Of a stretch of DNA of 64,000 nucleotides, positions 13,582 through 24,609 are shown one piece after another. Source of the stretch: Neoechinorhynchus agilis. Taxonomy: Eukaryota; Animalia; Acanthocephala. Every line of letters starts with the position of its first letter. Position 1 is the first letter of the stretch. The stretch spans positions 4,248,389 through 4,312,388 of the forward strand of contig CM121343.1 of the NCBI GenBank assembly GCA_051530055.1, written 5' to 3'. Both the position numbers and the translations under genes were made by a program. Below the pieces are notes generated by a model. It searched no databases. It saw only the letters and a list, made by a program, of their open reading frames with translations, and was not told the DNA's origin.

Positions 13582-13702
13582 TTTATTTGGTGATATAGAG
13601 ATTGATTTATTATTACCCTTTCACACAATATTTTGTCCCCTCTTAACCTACTTTTAGACCTGAAAGGGTAATAATAAATCAATCTCTATATCACCAAATA
13701 AA
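13582..13702. repeat. Perfect 42-bp inverted repeat with 37-bp spacer (MITE-like)
   Basis: 13582-13623 is the exact reverse complement of 13661-13702. Confidence 0.9.
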
Positions 13703-13740
13703 TTTAATCGTTTTCGAATCGAGAGAGAGAGCAGAAACTC

Positions 13741-13882
13741 TTTTTTATAGCGAACTATAATAATAATAATTGATTTATTTGATAATAGCGTCTATTACTA
13801 ACTAACAATAGACTGAAGAAGGCCTACGCGAAGGCCGAAAATTATCAAATAAATCAATTATTTGATAATTCGCCATAAAAAA
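13741..13882 (+). repeat. Inverted-repeat element enclosing a non-canonical type III-like hammerhead
   Basis: Arms ATAATTGATTTATTTGATAAT / ATTATCAAATAAATCAATTAT enclose a TCTATT/AATAGA hairpin, CTGAAGA-A, a GGCCT/AGGCC hairpin and GAAA. Confidence 0.75.
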
Positions 13883-14159
13883 GTTGAGGCCCAAACTTCA
13901 TTGCAATTCGTAAAATCAGAATGGAGACTGTTGATTTTTTGAACTTTTAGGTATGTTGTTGGTAGCTCTTCTGATGGGACGCAAGTACCATTATGCATCT
14001 TTATAATAAACCGTTTTATTTGTTGATTCACAAAGAAGAGGGCTCATGTACCTTTGGGTCCTCATCAACACACAGATATTTTGTTGTTGTTTTCGTATGT
14101 CCGTTCGGGTGGGAATTGACGAAGGTTAGTCGTTCCTCAGAATCATCTCAAGATTATGA

Positions 14160-14720
14160 TATCCGAGAAAATTGGGCAGCATGGAAAAAGGAGCGGAGGT
14201 AGAGGGAGGTGCGATGTCAAGGGAGGATGAAACGAAGTAGGATTACGAGTGGTGTACTCGTGTGAAAAGGGAGCGATACGTGGTAGAAATTGTGGTGGTA
14301 GGGTTGAGAGGCGGTTTGATTGTTTTATGAAAATAGCATCAAGGCATTCGGTGAGAGGGGGAAAGTCAGTTGTGCAAATTTTAAATGCTCTTTTGTGAAG
14401 AATTTCAAGGCGACGGATTTAAGATTTGAATAGGTTGCAAAAGACGGCATAACCGTAGGTGAGGGAAGGTAAAATAAAGCTGAATTAAAATTTGGAGAGA
14501 TCCGGTGAAGGGATTCCTAAATGTCCTAGGCGTTTGAGGAGATAAATTTTAAAGGTGTTGTGCTTGAGGGAGAGAGTGATGTGCGAGTCCCATTTCAAAT
14601 TTGATTGAAATCGGATACCCAGAATTCTTAGGGAGGTTACTCGTAGGATGTCATTTAGAAGCTCAGGGGATGTTGTGGAGTTGGGGGCGAGAGAGGATCA
14701 TTTTTGTTTTATGTCAATTA
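14160..14720 (-). mobile_element. Decayed CR1/L2-type LINE ORF2 fragment (region C-terminal to RT)
   Basis: Minus strand reads LRILGIRFQSNLKWDSHI...IYLLKRLGHLGIP...F(stop)FSFILPSLTYG...RRLEILHKRAFKI, resembling the LGV...LKW..H..YLLRRL..LEY..LERIQKRA tail of these LINEs. It has stops and frameshifts. Confidence 0.7.
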
Positions 14721-14868
14721 AAAATGTGTTTAAATAAATAGGTAATCGTAACTGACAAACTTGTTTTAAGAGGTATATTGATATCCAAACTTAAAATCGA
14801 TAAGATTGCGACTAGTTTTAATTTCTCCGCCAAAATTTATTCCATTACACGCATATCCAATTCATTTT

Positions 14869-16546
14869 TCACAATTCGAGCTTGGAATTGTTGGAAATCA
14901 GACTAAGATTGCTTCCATACTCCTCTGGCTGAGAAACATTTCCCTTGTCCAACTTTTTACGAAAGTCGAATGCGCTTAAATTCAATATTGAGAATACTTG
15001 AGAAAGGACAAATTTTCTGAAATCTCTTACCTCGGTAATCTAGAAGAGCACAAGACCTGAGCAATATTTCTTAGGATCGTTTGTTGTGAGAATGGGTTTA
15101 TACTACTGGGGTTTATGCGACGGGAAAATGTGCCTTTGATCTTCAATGTCCACTCGTTCAGTTAAATAAGGGCAAATATTGTTTATACTTACATCTTCAT
15201 TCGTTGAAACATTTCTAGTCAATAAATAAGCATGATATGTCAAAAGGCCCCATCCGGAGCACATCTCAATAAAGGCAACGAAAATTATGAAAAAACTATA
15301 GGTGATTCGAAAAATACGTGTTATCGCGATGAATACGATGATACCTTAGTGGATTCTGTCTAGCGAGCAATACTAATGAAATTCCGGTTTCTCCTAGCAG
15401 CTAGGCGCAAAAGCTTTAGTTTGATGGAAGGAGCCGTACTTCGTATAAGAATAATCCGGTATATGCTGGATACGAGAACCGTTGCATTCAGTAATCCAAG
15501 TGACAATAGGAATAGCAGATAGAACTTATGATTTCGTCGACCAATACAGTTGCCAACCCATGGACAATGGTGATCGAATTTTTCTGGATTTGACTTAAAG
15601 ACGAAAGGAAAACCTCAACCCGCACTTACCAACACAATTGTCGCATAATCTGCAATGTGAAGCACGAGGAGTGCGAAACATTTTGCAAGTTCTACAAAAA
15701 CGAACTTCAATTGCTTGACCTTTGATCACAACATTTTGAACTTTTGGGATGAGATCTTCAATATCGCTAACACCTATTCGATTTTGAACTCGTACTCATA
15801 CGACAAAAAATTCAGTTTGTAACGTTTTTGCAAAAGGAAACCCATTTGTATGTAGGAATTCAATGAAGCTCAATGCCGATTTCGTCTGGCAACCCAGGAT
15901 CCGTTCATGGTGGGTTAAAAAAGTCGTGAGTTTTTTTATGGAGTGTTATTACGTTCACATTCGATTTATCAGACACGTTGGAGCATAAAGCTGGAACTAG
16001 TAATTTTTGAGTAGAAGTCTGGACCACAATCAACAATGGAATTTAAAATCGTAATCTGTAGTTTTAAAAATACGACAAACACATATTTCGTGGTATCGTT
16101 TAAGAAAAAAGTAGATTTTACGCCGCTTGATTCTCATTACCGTGCACTTTCTTCAAATACTGTATTTCGTCTTCGTTGGATCTAGGTAATATTCCCGGAT
16201 CCGTACAGGCGGCCTGTGCCATCACCGAGATATTGAAAGTCAGCATCAATCCAATGAATATTGGTACAGCGAAACCATGTCTTTGAACTATAAATGGTAC
16301 ACTGATCACAAGTAAGGACGAGGTGCCTTGCTTATGGATAAATACTCGGTATATAAGAAAGTAATGCTGGTGGATGCTGTAAATAAATTGGTTATGAGAA
16401 AGAGCCACATATTATTGGACGATACGAGCCGACCATCGCACCAGAATTTGTTATTGCTTGGATATGCCTACGATTTTAAGGTTCAATTGTGTTCTAAAGA
16501 CATGGGTACGAACCATCCATAGCCGTATTTTTGAAAAGGAGAGCAT
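14869..16546 (-). CDS. DHHC palmitoyltransferase, ZDHHC9/14/18 (Erf2/approximated) type, spliced
   Basis: Exons read [89 protein letters not shown] and NPFS, ending in a stop at 14869. Confidence 0.92.
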
Positions 16547-18171
16547 CCTGGGAGAAGTTTGGAGGAATATTGAAGAAGCACAAGACACCGTAGAGCAGAC
16601 AAGTTCTCAAGCAATGCAGAAATACATCGAGAAACGACCGTACCAAGGGTCTCGGTGTGCGTGATTCATTTGATACGCACTCGCTGCATTTTCAGGCGGT
16701 GGAATAGTGAGTGTCATTGAAGAGTGCAACTCATTCACAAGTTTTGTGCGTACAAGATTAGTAGTATGCATGTGAGAGAGAGATATGAGTAGTCACACTC
16801 GCTGAAACGGGTTTATTATGAAAATCGACAAATCATCATATTCTTTTCGGTACATAATGTCTTTTCAATCGATAGTCGTTTAACACTTATTCCAGGGCAT
16901 AACTAAATCCAAATAGAGTTTTTGTGGATGTGTGGGCCGCATAGAACTATCATATAATGTTGCCAAAAATCATAGAAAAATCAATTTAACTGGAAAAGGC
17001 CTTCCCGTCGGACCAAATCTGCAGGTTCAAATGGCTAATCGGCGCAGAATTACATTCAAACGAAATGAAAAATCTCAGCATTACTTAGATGTTGCGGGTT
17101 GAAATCGCTACACAAACCAAACCTTTTGAAACTAATAAGAACGATTAAAAATTTCACGGGTTCCTTACAGCCTCAAGTCAATTCATTAAATTTGGACATT
17201 CTAAGACCGAATTTAATCAGAAAGCAAGCATAGTCGCCACAAAGGAAATATCCTCACAAGGAATTATTGAGCCCGACGCTAACTTTTAAACAAATAAGCA
17301 CAGGAAAGCGAAACTTACGTTAGGCAATTCCTCCACACTTCCCAGACTTCTAAAATTGACTATTGAACGTTTACCAAGCCATATTAGCGGTTGAGTTGCC
17401 TTATCTATTATTCGTGCCATTTGATCTTGTATTGTGTGTGTGTTAATAATTAAATTCAGTCAAAAATCTTAAGTTACTTTCTGCGTTTTGAAACTCTTGG
17501 TAATTATCGAAGTATAATAATTTCGATGGAGGACTGGTATGCTTGCAAAATCGTGCTGCTGAACTGTGATTGCGTGGCTTTCGATAAACAGCCAAGCACA
17601 TATCTGCCAGTTTCGTAAAGCTTCCAGGGCATCCATCTCATAAACGGCAAATTTGTTAATCTTAAGACTCAGTGAACTTACCGGCATTTTGAATCTGCTC
17701 TTTTTTGTCGTCCAATTTCGCCTCTTTTTCTAATCAGGATTAAAATAATCAGAACATAGAAGCAAGCGCGGAAAATATTTCAACAATTTGTAATGTTCAC
17801 TTCTCATTGAAGCATTTTAAAATTGGCTAGAAAGCTTTAGTATAACATTGTAGCAGGATGTATTCGATTAGTTCATTCTATTAATTTAGAAGGAGCGACA
17901 GCGTGGAACGGTATACGGGTTAAGTATAATAAAAGTTACAATGTTTTAAGAAGCAGATTGACTTCTTAAAGATAGAAATCATAATGCTAATTTCAAATCT
18001 ACGGTTCGATTTTTTTTTGAAATAAAGCGCGAAGCTTAGTTCCTTCTAAGATTTGATAGTTAACAGACATTTTCTACGGCCGCAATTGAACATACCGATC
18101 AATTTAGCACCGTTAGCTACCACTGAAAAGTCTGTACAAATATACAATATCACATTGTTGAGTTATATGAT

Positions 18172-21100
18172 TTATGGAAGCACATCTTTACCTCGGCAAG
18201 TTTCGCAGCACATTGCTTTAACATGAGGATCACTGCACAAAATACTTGGATTGTGGGTTTTGTTGTTCCATCCTCGGATTCTGTAGCAGTCATGCACTGC
18301 ATCGCCCCACAGACATTCTAAATTTCCAGTGAAACTTAGAAGAGTGGTAAAGCATTTCTCACGTTCAACTGCACGTCTGTGAGGCACGCACCTTCCTTGC
18401 TGGCACCACTGAAATAACAATTCGACTTAACAATCTTGGTCCGTTAAACGGATCAAACCATTGTTTTGTCGCACGGTGTTCCATCCATAGCACCTGACGA
18501 TAAATATATACACTGGTCATCTTTAGGTCTCCGTTTACAGGACATCGCCGTGCATATATCGTTGGTCGTGTTCTAAATATTTTGCTATAATGTAAACAGA
18601 AGTCTTATTTATCTAGTAAGATTTTATAATCGCAATTCTCCGTACCGACCAAGGACAATTTGCTTAAAATCATTCTGAGATAGGTTCGAAATTTTCAGAA
18701 TACGGGTTAAACTTCCAATCTTTGATTTTGCTATGAAATATAGTCATACACAGACCATGAAGCCACAAATTCCAATTCTAAAATGTTTTCTTACCCTCTT
18801 CAACGACGTCGTAAACACCTGCAAACAATCGCTGAAGAAGATCCGAGATAGTGGATCGAAATATCCAATAAATTCTTAATTTCATTTATTTTCTCCTATC
18901 GACAAATAACAATGAATTATCTTTTCAACGGTTAGATGATTATTGAGGTATCATCATCACTTTCAAATACTTTGATTTGGTTAAACGTAATGCTTTAACA
19001 TCTCAATGAAGTATCAAAACGTGGGGAAAATTGACTAAATGTCGAATTATCCTAAGTGAAAAATTCCACAAACATTTATGTGGTTCAGGAGGTTAGGGAA
19101 ACATAACCGAATTTATCCACCGAAGCAGTATAATTTTCCCGTCGTATTGAGAAGCGATATTTGATTTTTTGCTGAACAAACTCTACGACACAAGGCGGTG
19201 CTTAACTTTATTTACTGAATTATGGGATAAATTCCTTTTAGACAGGTCGTAAACATTTGGATCTTAAGTAACGCTTCTTAAGCGATTTGGAAAGTGCTCA
19301 TTTGTGAAAAGACACTGATATTACACATTTTCGATTTACAGTTTAAAGCCAGAAAACCCGTTAGATTGGATGTGTAACCTTAAGAATTTTATTTTCTAGG
19401 CATCTCTGATCATATTTGCTATAAAGGAGCAATACACACGGTATTATATCCTTTAGAAAAGGCATCCGGTTGATAAGACATTCAGTAAGTTATTTTTGGA
19501 GCGTTAAATAGAAAGAGCTATTAAAAATTATAAAAAAACGGACTTGTATTCCAACCAGTCTTTCGATTAGTTCAATATTATTCACGAATTTCTTCTCATT
19601 TCTCCTTCCTTGGCCAGAGTGCGGAGTATCAGAGGATATATCAACTAGCAGTGCTCATTCCGTCGCTTAATACCCAACGGCAAACATTGCTTACGATCAC
19701 GAGGATAAGAAGGAATAAGAAATACAATTTACTCACAATACAGAAAGTTCCTGTAATGCCAGCCCACATTTTACACTGCCAATGAGCCGAATAAACTTCG
19801 CCTGGCATTTTATTGGGTGTTAGAGTATTGCCCGATGCTTTGTTCAGGAGACAGAATGCATCCGCCACCGTCGTTCTAAAAAAAGTTATTTAATAGCCAC
19901 ATCCCCATTGATTTAACCTGTTTTTTGTCAACATTATAAATTTAAGTTCTCGGATACTGCACGAGGACAAAAAGAAAGCATTTCGCCTGATCTCAACGCG
20001 TACATTTGGAAGCATATTTAAGACGGGAGTCATCAGGTGATTGTTGCCGGCACTACAGTCGTCCTCAAAGAACTCTTGCTCACCATCATGGGATAGTCCT
20101 AAACTGAATAGCGGCTAAGGATGCAGTCTATCCCAAATGTCGTACGGCAGTAGCTTACTAACTTGTGACCGACCTCATGAGCAATCACGAATTGTGATCT
20201 TACTGACATTCTGTCGCTTATTACAGAAAATCCGTAACCTCTACAAATCCCTAATATGACTTTTCCGGCCAATAGACCGTAACCTCGTAAGCTGTGATAT
20301 GCGATTCCTTCCTGAACGAAGCCTCCTATAGTGGAACGAGTTCCTTTTTTGCAGCATTGTCTTTTGGTCGATAGGAGCTTCCGAGTAAAACCAATCGCGT
20401 GATCGTAAGGAACGTTAATTTTTAATTTCAACATTGATTTCCGGAATTCTTCGAGAACTCGAGTGGCATCAATCGCTGACGATACATCGCTCTTATCGGC
20501 TCCCAATGGTAACTCATCTTCGTGCAAATCAACACCAAGAACAGCAGTATCGGACCAAGGTGCGTCTGATTCATGCTAACGGTTATAGCAAAATATAAAC
20601 TTCAACTACAATATAAATAGTACCTTCATTACGATCACTTTAATTAATTTAAGATGCACTGATAAATCAGGGTCGTTTTTGAGTGAATTATCGTACATTT
20701 TGCTAGCCTAAATAAGAAATAGTATATTGTGAATCGTCGAGTGCCGGCGTTAAAACTCACGCTGACAATTAAATGTGAATACCACTTTTTTATTGATGCC
20801 AAAACCCTTCGCTGGGATAAATTCCCGTAAACGTCCGAATCAAGCTTCATAAAGTAGTTTAAGATCGATGAATCAACAACAGCTAAAATGTCAACGTTGA
20901 TTGACACTTTTCTATTTGAACGTTTCTCCCTAAATGGAGGAGGGTTACATTTTTAAAAAGGCAATGTTTTGACTTCCAACCTTGCTCGCTTTAGATTGCC
21001 TAAAGTTCCCTTGATTCGAGCACTCATTGAGAATTGATTTGTTTGTAGTTCTTCAATTAGTTTTAGCTCATAAAGGATCCGCTGAGAAGTGGATGGCAAA

Positions 21101-21690
21101 ATGGCTTTCTAAGAAATGATACAAAAGATCCATATAAAGAAATAACCAACAATTAAAGTTGAATTGCTGAACACAGCATAACTGATTCCATCTGTAGAAG
21201 CGTAAACTCTCAGATTCTTAGAATACCCAGAGTTCAGGACAACATCTTATTATGTCAGTGAACAATATACTTACACTGGTAAAGCTATAATTGTTGCAAT
21301 CATCGCCGTCTTCTGTTTCGCTGTGAAAATTTCAGTTTTAGACCACGAGTATTGGCACCCTTTTTTTCACGTACTCGTCGCCGTCGTTTGGTTCGATGAG
21401 GAAAAGTTCGCATATAGTTTCATCTACTCCAGGGATTTGAAAGATTACCACTACATTATTGTTCATGGAATCCGTAACCGTCACAATGGATGGAAACGTG
21501 GCACCATTTCCTTTCAGTGAAAATCAATACAAGTGGATCGAATGGTTCGACAGGTACCTAACGAAGATCGCCCTTGGTTTTTGTAAGCGCTAACACTTGA
21601 ATTTTCCAAAAAGGATTCTGTTGTATAAGAGTGTAGTAGCAAAGCCGTGTTGCCGCTGGACTAATAAAACTAACCTGATTCTGAGAGAAG
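18172..21690 (-). CDS. ADAMTS-like M12B metalloprotease (5' boundary approximate)
   Basis: A furin-like EKR precedes INVDILAVVDS. The spliced zinc motif is HEVGHN/LGLSHD with Met-turn HLMTP. Then MPGEVYSAHWQC, GAMDGTPCDK/WCQQGRCV and a terminal CLWGD...MCCETC. Confidence 0.85.
18828..18869 (+). ncRNA. Minimal type I hammerhead ribozyme, Penelope-like-element style (intronic, antisense to the protease)
   Basis: CUGAAGA (18832-38) + extra A, stem II GAUCC/GGAUC, GAAA, palindromic AUAU stem III and predicted cleavage after C18865. Stem I is AUCG/CAAU with one mismatch, followed by AATAAA. Confidence 0.7.
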
Positions 21691-22246
21691 GATATCAATT
21701 AGTAAAGTGATTAAAAGGCAATGACGCATTACTGCTTGTCATTAAATAATCGTTGGTATATACGATATCAGGTGCCGGATAAAACCGTAACTTACAGATA
21801 GCGATATGAGTTATAAGCTATGGTTCCGCAGTATATCGTGTTCAAAATGGCATAATGTGCGTGTGTAAGGCTGGCTTTGTTTCCGTGACTATGAATGGAT
21901 GAGATGTTCGCATGCACGAGTGCCTTGTGCTGTCGATCTGTTCCCATTCCTCTTCACATAAAAAAGCTCTAGTCATTGTGGCGGATACCAAGGCGAGAAA
22001 GTCAGACAATGGAATGTTCGGTATTGTTTTATTCTAACCCTCCCTTCTGTGTATTCATTTTGACGGGAGTGCAACCGTCTCGTGGATCATAAAGCGATCC
22101 AAATCTTTATCAACGCACAAATAAACATAAAAATACGCCTAGGAAAATGTTTAAGTGTGCAAAACTACAACGCACATTCCCGGACTTTTCGTACTGCTAC
22201 CTATAAAATTCAAATGTACAAACAATATCGTTTTAGCATCAGAGTC

Positions 22247-22777
22247 TTCAATCACTTAAACTCTCACGTAAGAGATCGGTGTGATTTCATGTTAAAAAGG
22301 AAAACCAAAAACCGAGGAAGGAATGTCTTAAATCTGAATCAATAGAACTGGCTTGCCAGTAAAAACATTTAAGAGTTCAACACTCACCAGGAGGTGCAAT
22401 ACTGGCAGAGTTTGTACATTCCGTAGTTGCGCCGAGGAGGTAAAGTGAGTGAACTTGAGCCCTGAATCCCTGTTTCTCAGGGTGGTCAAAGGGTTCAAAA
22501 TTCATTGAAGTATAACCAAAGTGAACGAAATACCTCGTAGAAGGGAAAAGGAAACTCACTGATGACTATCGTCTCCTCGGAAGGTATCTGAGAATCCGGA
22601 CGGAAATGTACAGACTCATTACCGCGAATGGTTTAATGTGTTAAGTGATTCAATCACTTAAACTCTCACGTAAGAGATCGGTGTGATTTCATGTTAAAAA
22701 GGAAAACCAAAAAACCGAGGAAGGAATGTCTTAAATCTGAATCAATAGAACTGGCTTGCCAGTAAAAACATTTAAGA
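22247..22777. repeat. Two ~128-bp direct repeats flanking a 274-bp insert
   Basis: 22247-22374 and 22649-22777 are identical apart from one extra A. The insert 22375-22648 contains the hammerhead-like repeat. Confidence 0.9.
22521..22600 (+). ncRNA. Candidate permuted hammerhead, copy 1 (stem II decayed)
   Basis: GAAA-UACCU (22527-35), GGA-AA-CUCA-CUGAUGA (22550-65) and AGGUA-UC-UGAG-AA-UCC (22582-97). Homologous to the minus strand of 61300-61404. Confidence 0.5.
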
Positions 22778-23514
22778 ATAAACCAGACAAGTTCAAAGGC
22801 AACCAACTCATGCATCCGCGTTGGAGCTCAAATCACCCACATCGATCCACAAAAGGGGTTTTCTCTATTCAAATCTTTAACAAACATCAACTCCTTTTCG
22901 ATTGATAGCGAATACGACTTCATTCAGAAATGTCCACTGCCGACTAGAATCTTTGCCAATTTAAAGATCAGAGATACTGATGTATTTATCCTGATTTAGA
23001 ATAAATTGCTCACGACAAATGTAGACTAATCGATTTTTGTAAGATCTCTATGAAGATGAATACTGGCGTTTGATTTGTGCACCTAAAACTTGTGTTTTGT
23101 CTCGATATTGAAAGTAAACGTTTAAGACTATCTTTATCAATTGCGGATTGGTCCCGACAAAGTATGAAAGGTCGCACTGAGTTTAATTCGATTCACGTTG
23201 AGCGTATGAAAATCATAAAACGAATTAATTAACGATACGAAGAACACTTTCAAATTTGAAGGTGAGATTAGAGACAATCTCGATTAATTTGAAGTTGATC
23301 AGCGAAATTAAAACAATCTTCAAGCGGTTCTTTTCTCTTGTTCGAATCTATTGAGCTAAGAATGCAGTACAATCACATCGTTCAATCCACGACGTCTAAT
23401 AACACGAAATGAATCCATCAAAAATGATTAAGCGCTGTAATGATTTTGTGATTTCGGACAATATCCATTAATTATGATCAATTTAACCACTTGTGTGGCT
23501 AAGATATTCCTCGC

Positions 23515-23790
23515 GATGCGAAGGAGGCGCTGCAATTGCTGCGGAGGAACGCAAGCGGGGGAAGTACGCCGAGCTCTTGGGGCACACCACTTCGTCCCTT
23601 TCGGCGTTGAGACGCTCAGAGCCTTCGATGCTGATGCCAAGAACTTCACGGCGGATCTGTCAAGGAGGATGAGGATCGCAAAACCGGAGAACCAAGAGCA
23701 GGAACCTTATTCCTACAAAACATAGATCTCGCGATCCAGCGCTGCAAGTGTCCTTGTGGCGATTCCGAGTGGCGAAGAGATGGTGTTGTT
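23515..23790 (+). mobile_element. CRE-clade 3' (RLE) fragment
   Basis: GGAAIAAEERK..KYAELLGAHHFVPFGVETL...FLQNIDLAIQR, with frameshifts. Confidence 0.75.
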
Positions 23791-24062
23791 AAATTTAAAC
23801 AATTCCCGGTAAACACAAAATCAAAATATCTCTGAGAAATTATCATTATTAGCAGTCGATGGACGGTGAACCTCATAAAAATTCCGTGACTAAAAAGTAT
23901 TTCCGAATGTTGTATAAATGTTCAAAAAAAAGAACCAATAGAGCTGCCATATTTGAACAACTTTTTTTAAATGAATCAATCGCCCATGGGTAATTGTTGG
24001 ATTATCGACTGATTTCTGAACCGCATGTTATCTTTTGGATTGTCCTTATTTGAACAAAAAAA

Positions 24063-24199
24063 TGTTTATTTTTTACACCGATATTTGGGACTTTTACTCC
24101 TCCTTTAGGGTTTAAATAACTTACAAGCAATTATGTGTGCGTGTTTCTTCAGGACCCCGAAGAAGGAGTAAAACTCGGAAACATCAAACCAAATAAACA
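24063..24199. repeat. Old imperfect inverted repeat
   Basis: TGTTTATTT/AAATAAACA and TTTTACTCCT/AGGAGTAAAA blocks sit in mirrored positions. Confidence 0.55.
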
Positions 24200-24609
24200 A
24201 TTCTTTTAAATCACTTAACGTTCTCAAATAAAGACAACTAAAAATTGAATTGTTGAATACGGCGGATAGGCGCATAAAACCGTGTTTTTGACCGGAAACG
24301 TCCGCATAAATCCCCGAGTGATCAATGAGTCATTATTTTCGAAGAATCACCGAAAGAATGTGCATTAGAAAGGGAGAGAGTATTCGTTGTTTTTCCAAAA
24401 GCACACTGACGGTAAGTTCTGTACAGTAAATAAAAATTGAGCCATTTAGTACGAAGTTGAAGTTTATGCCTCGAGATTGAACATCTCCCGGTGCCTTATC
24501 GTTTCCATTTTGAAACAATGGTTTGATATAAACGCATCTTGGACGCCCAAATCCAAAATGAGTGGTGTTCACTATTAACACGTTAGAGGATTCTTTGCCA
24601 TTCTTAGAT

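Noticed and set aside
16495-16507. 13-nt match to miR-71 (AAAGACATGGGTA)
   Set aside because: The seed start mismatches, there is no hairpin, and it lies antisense to a short ZDHHC intron.
20930-20946. GGAGGAGGGTT twister-like 3' motif
   Set aside because: It is the reverse complement of the polypyrimidine tract of a protease-gene splice acceptor.
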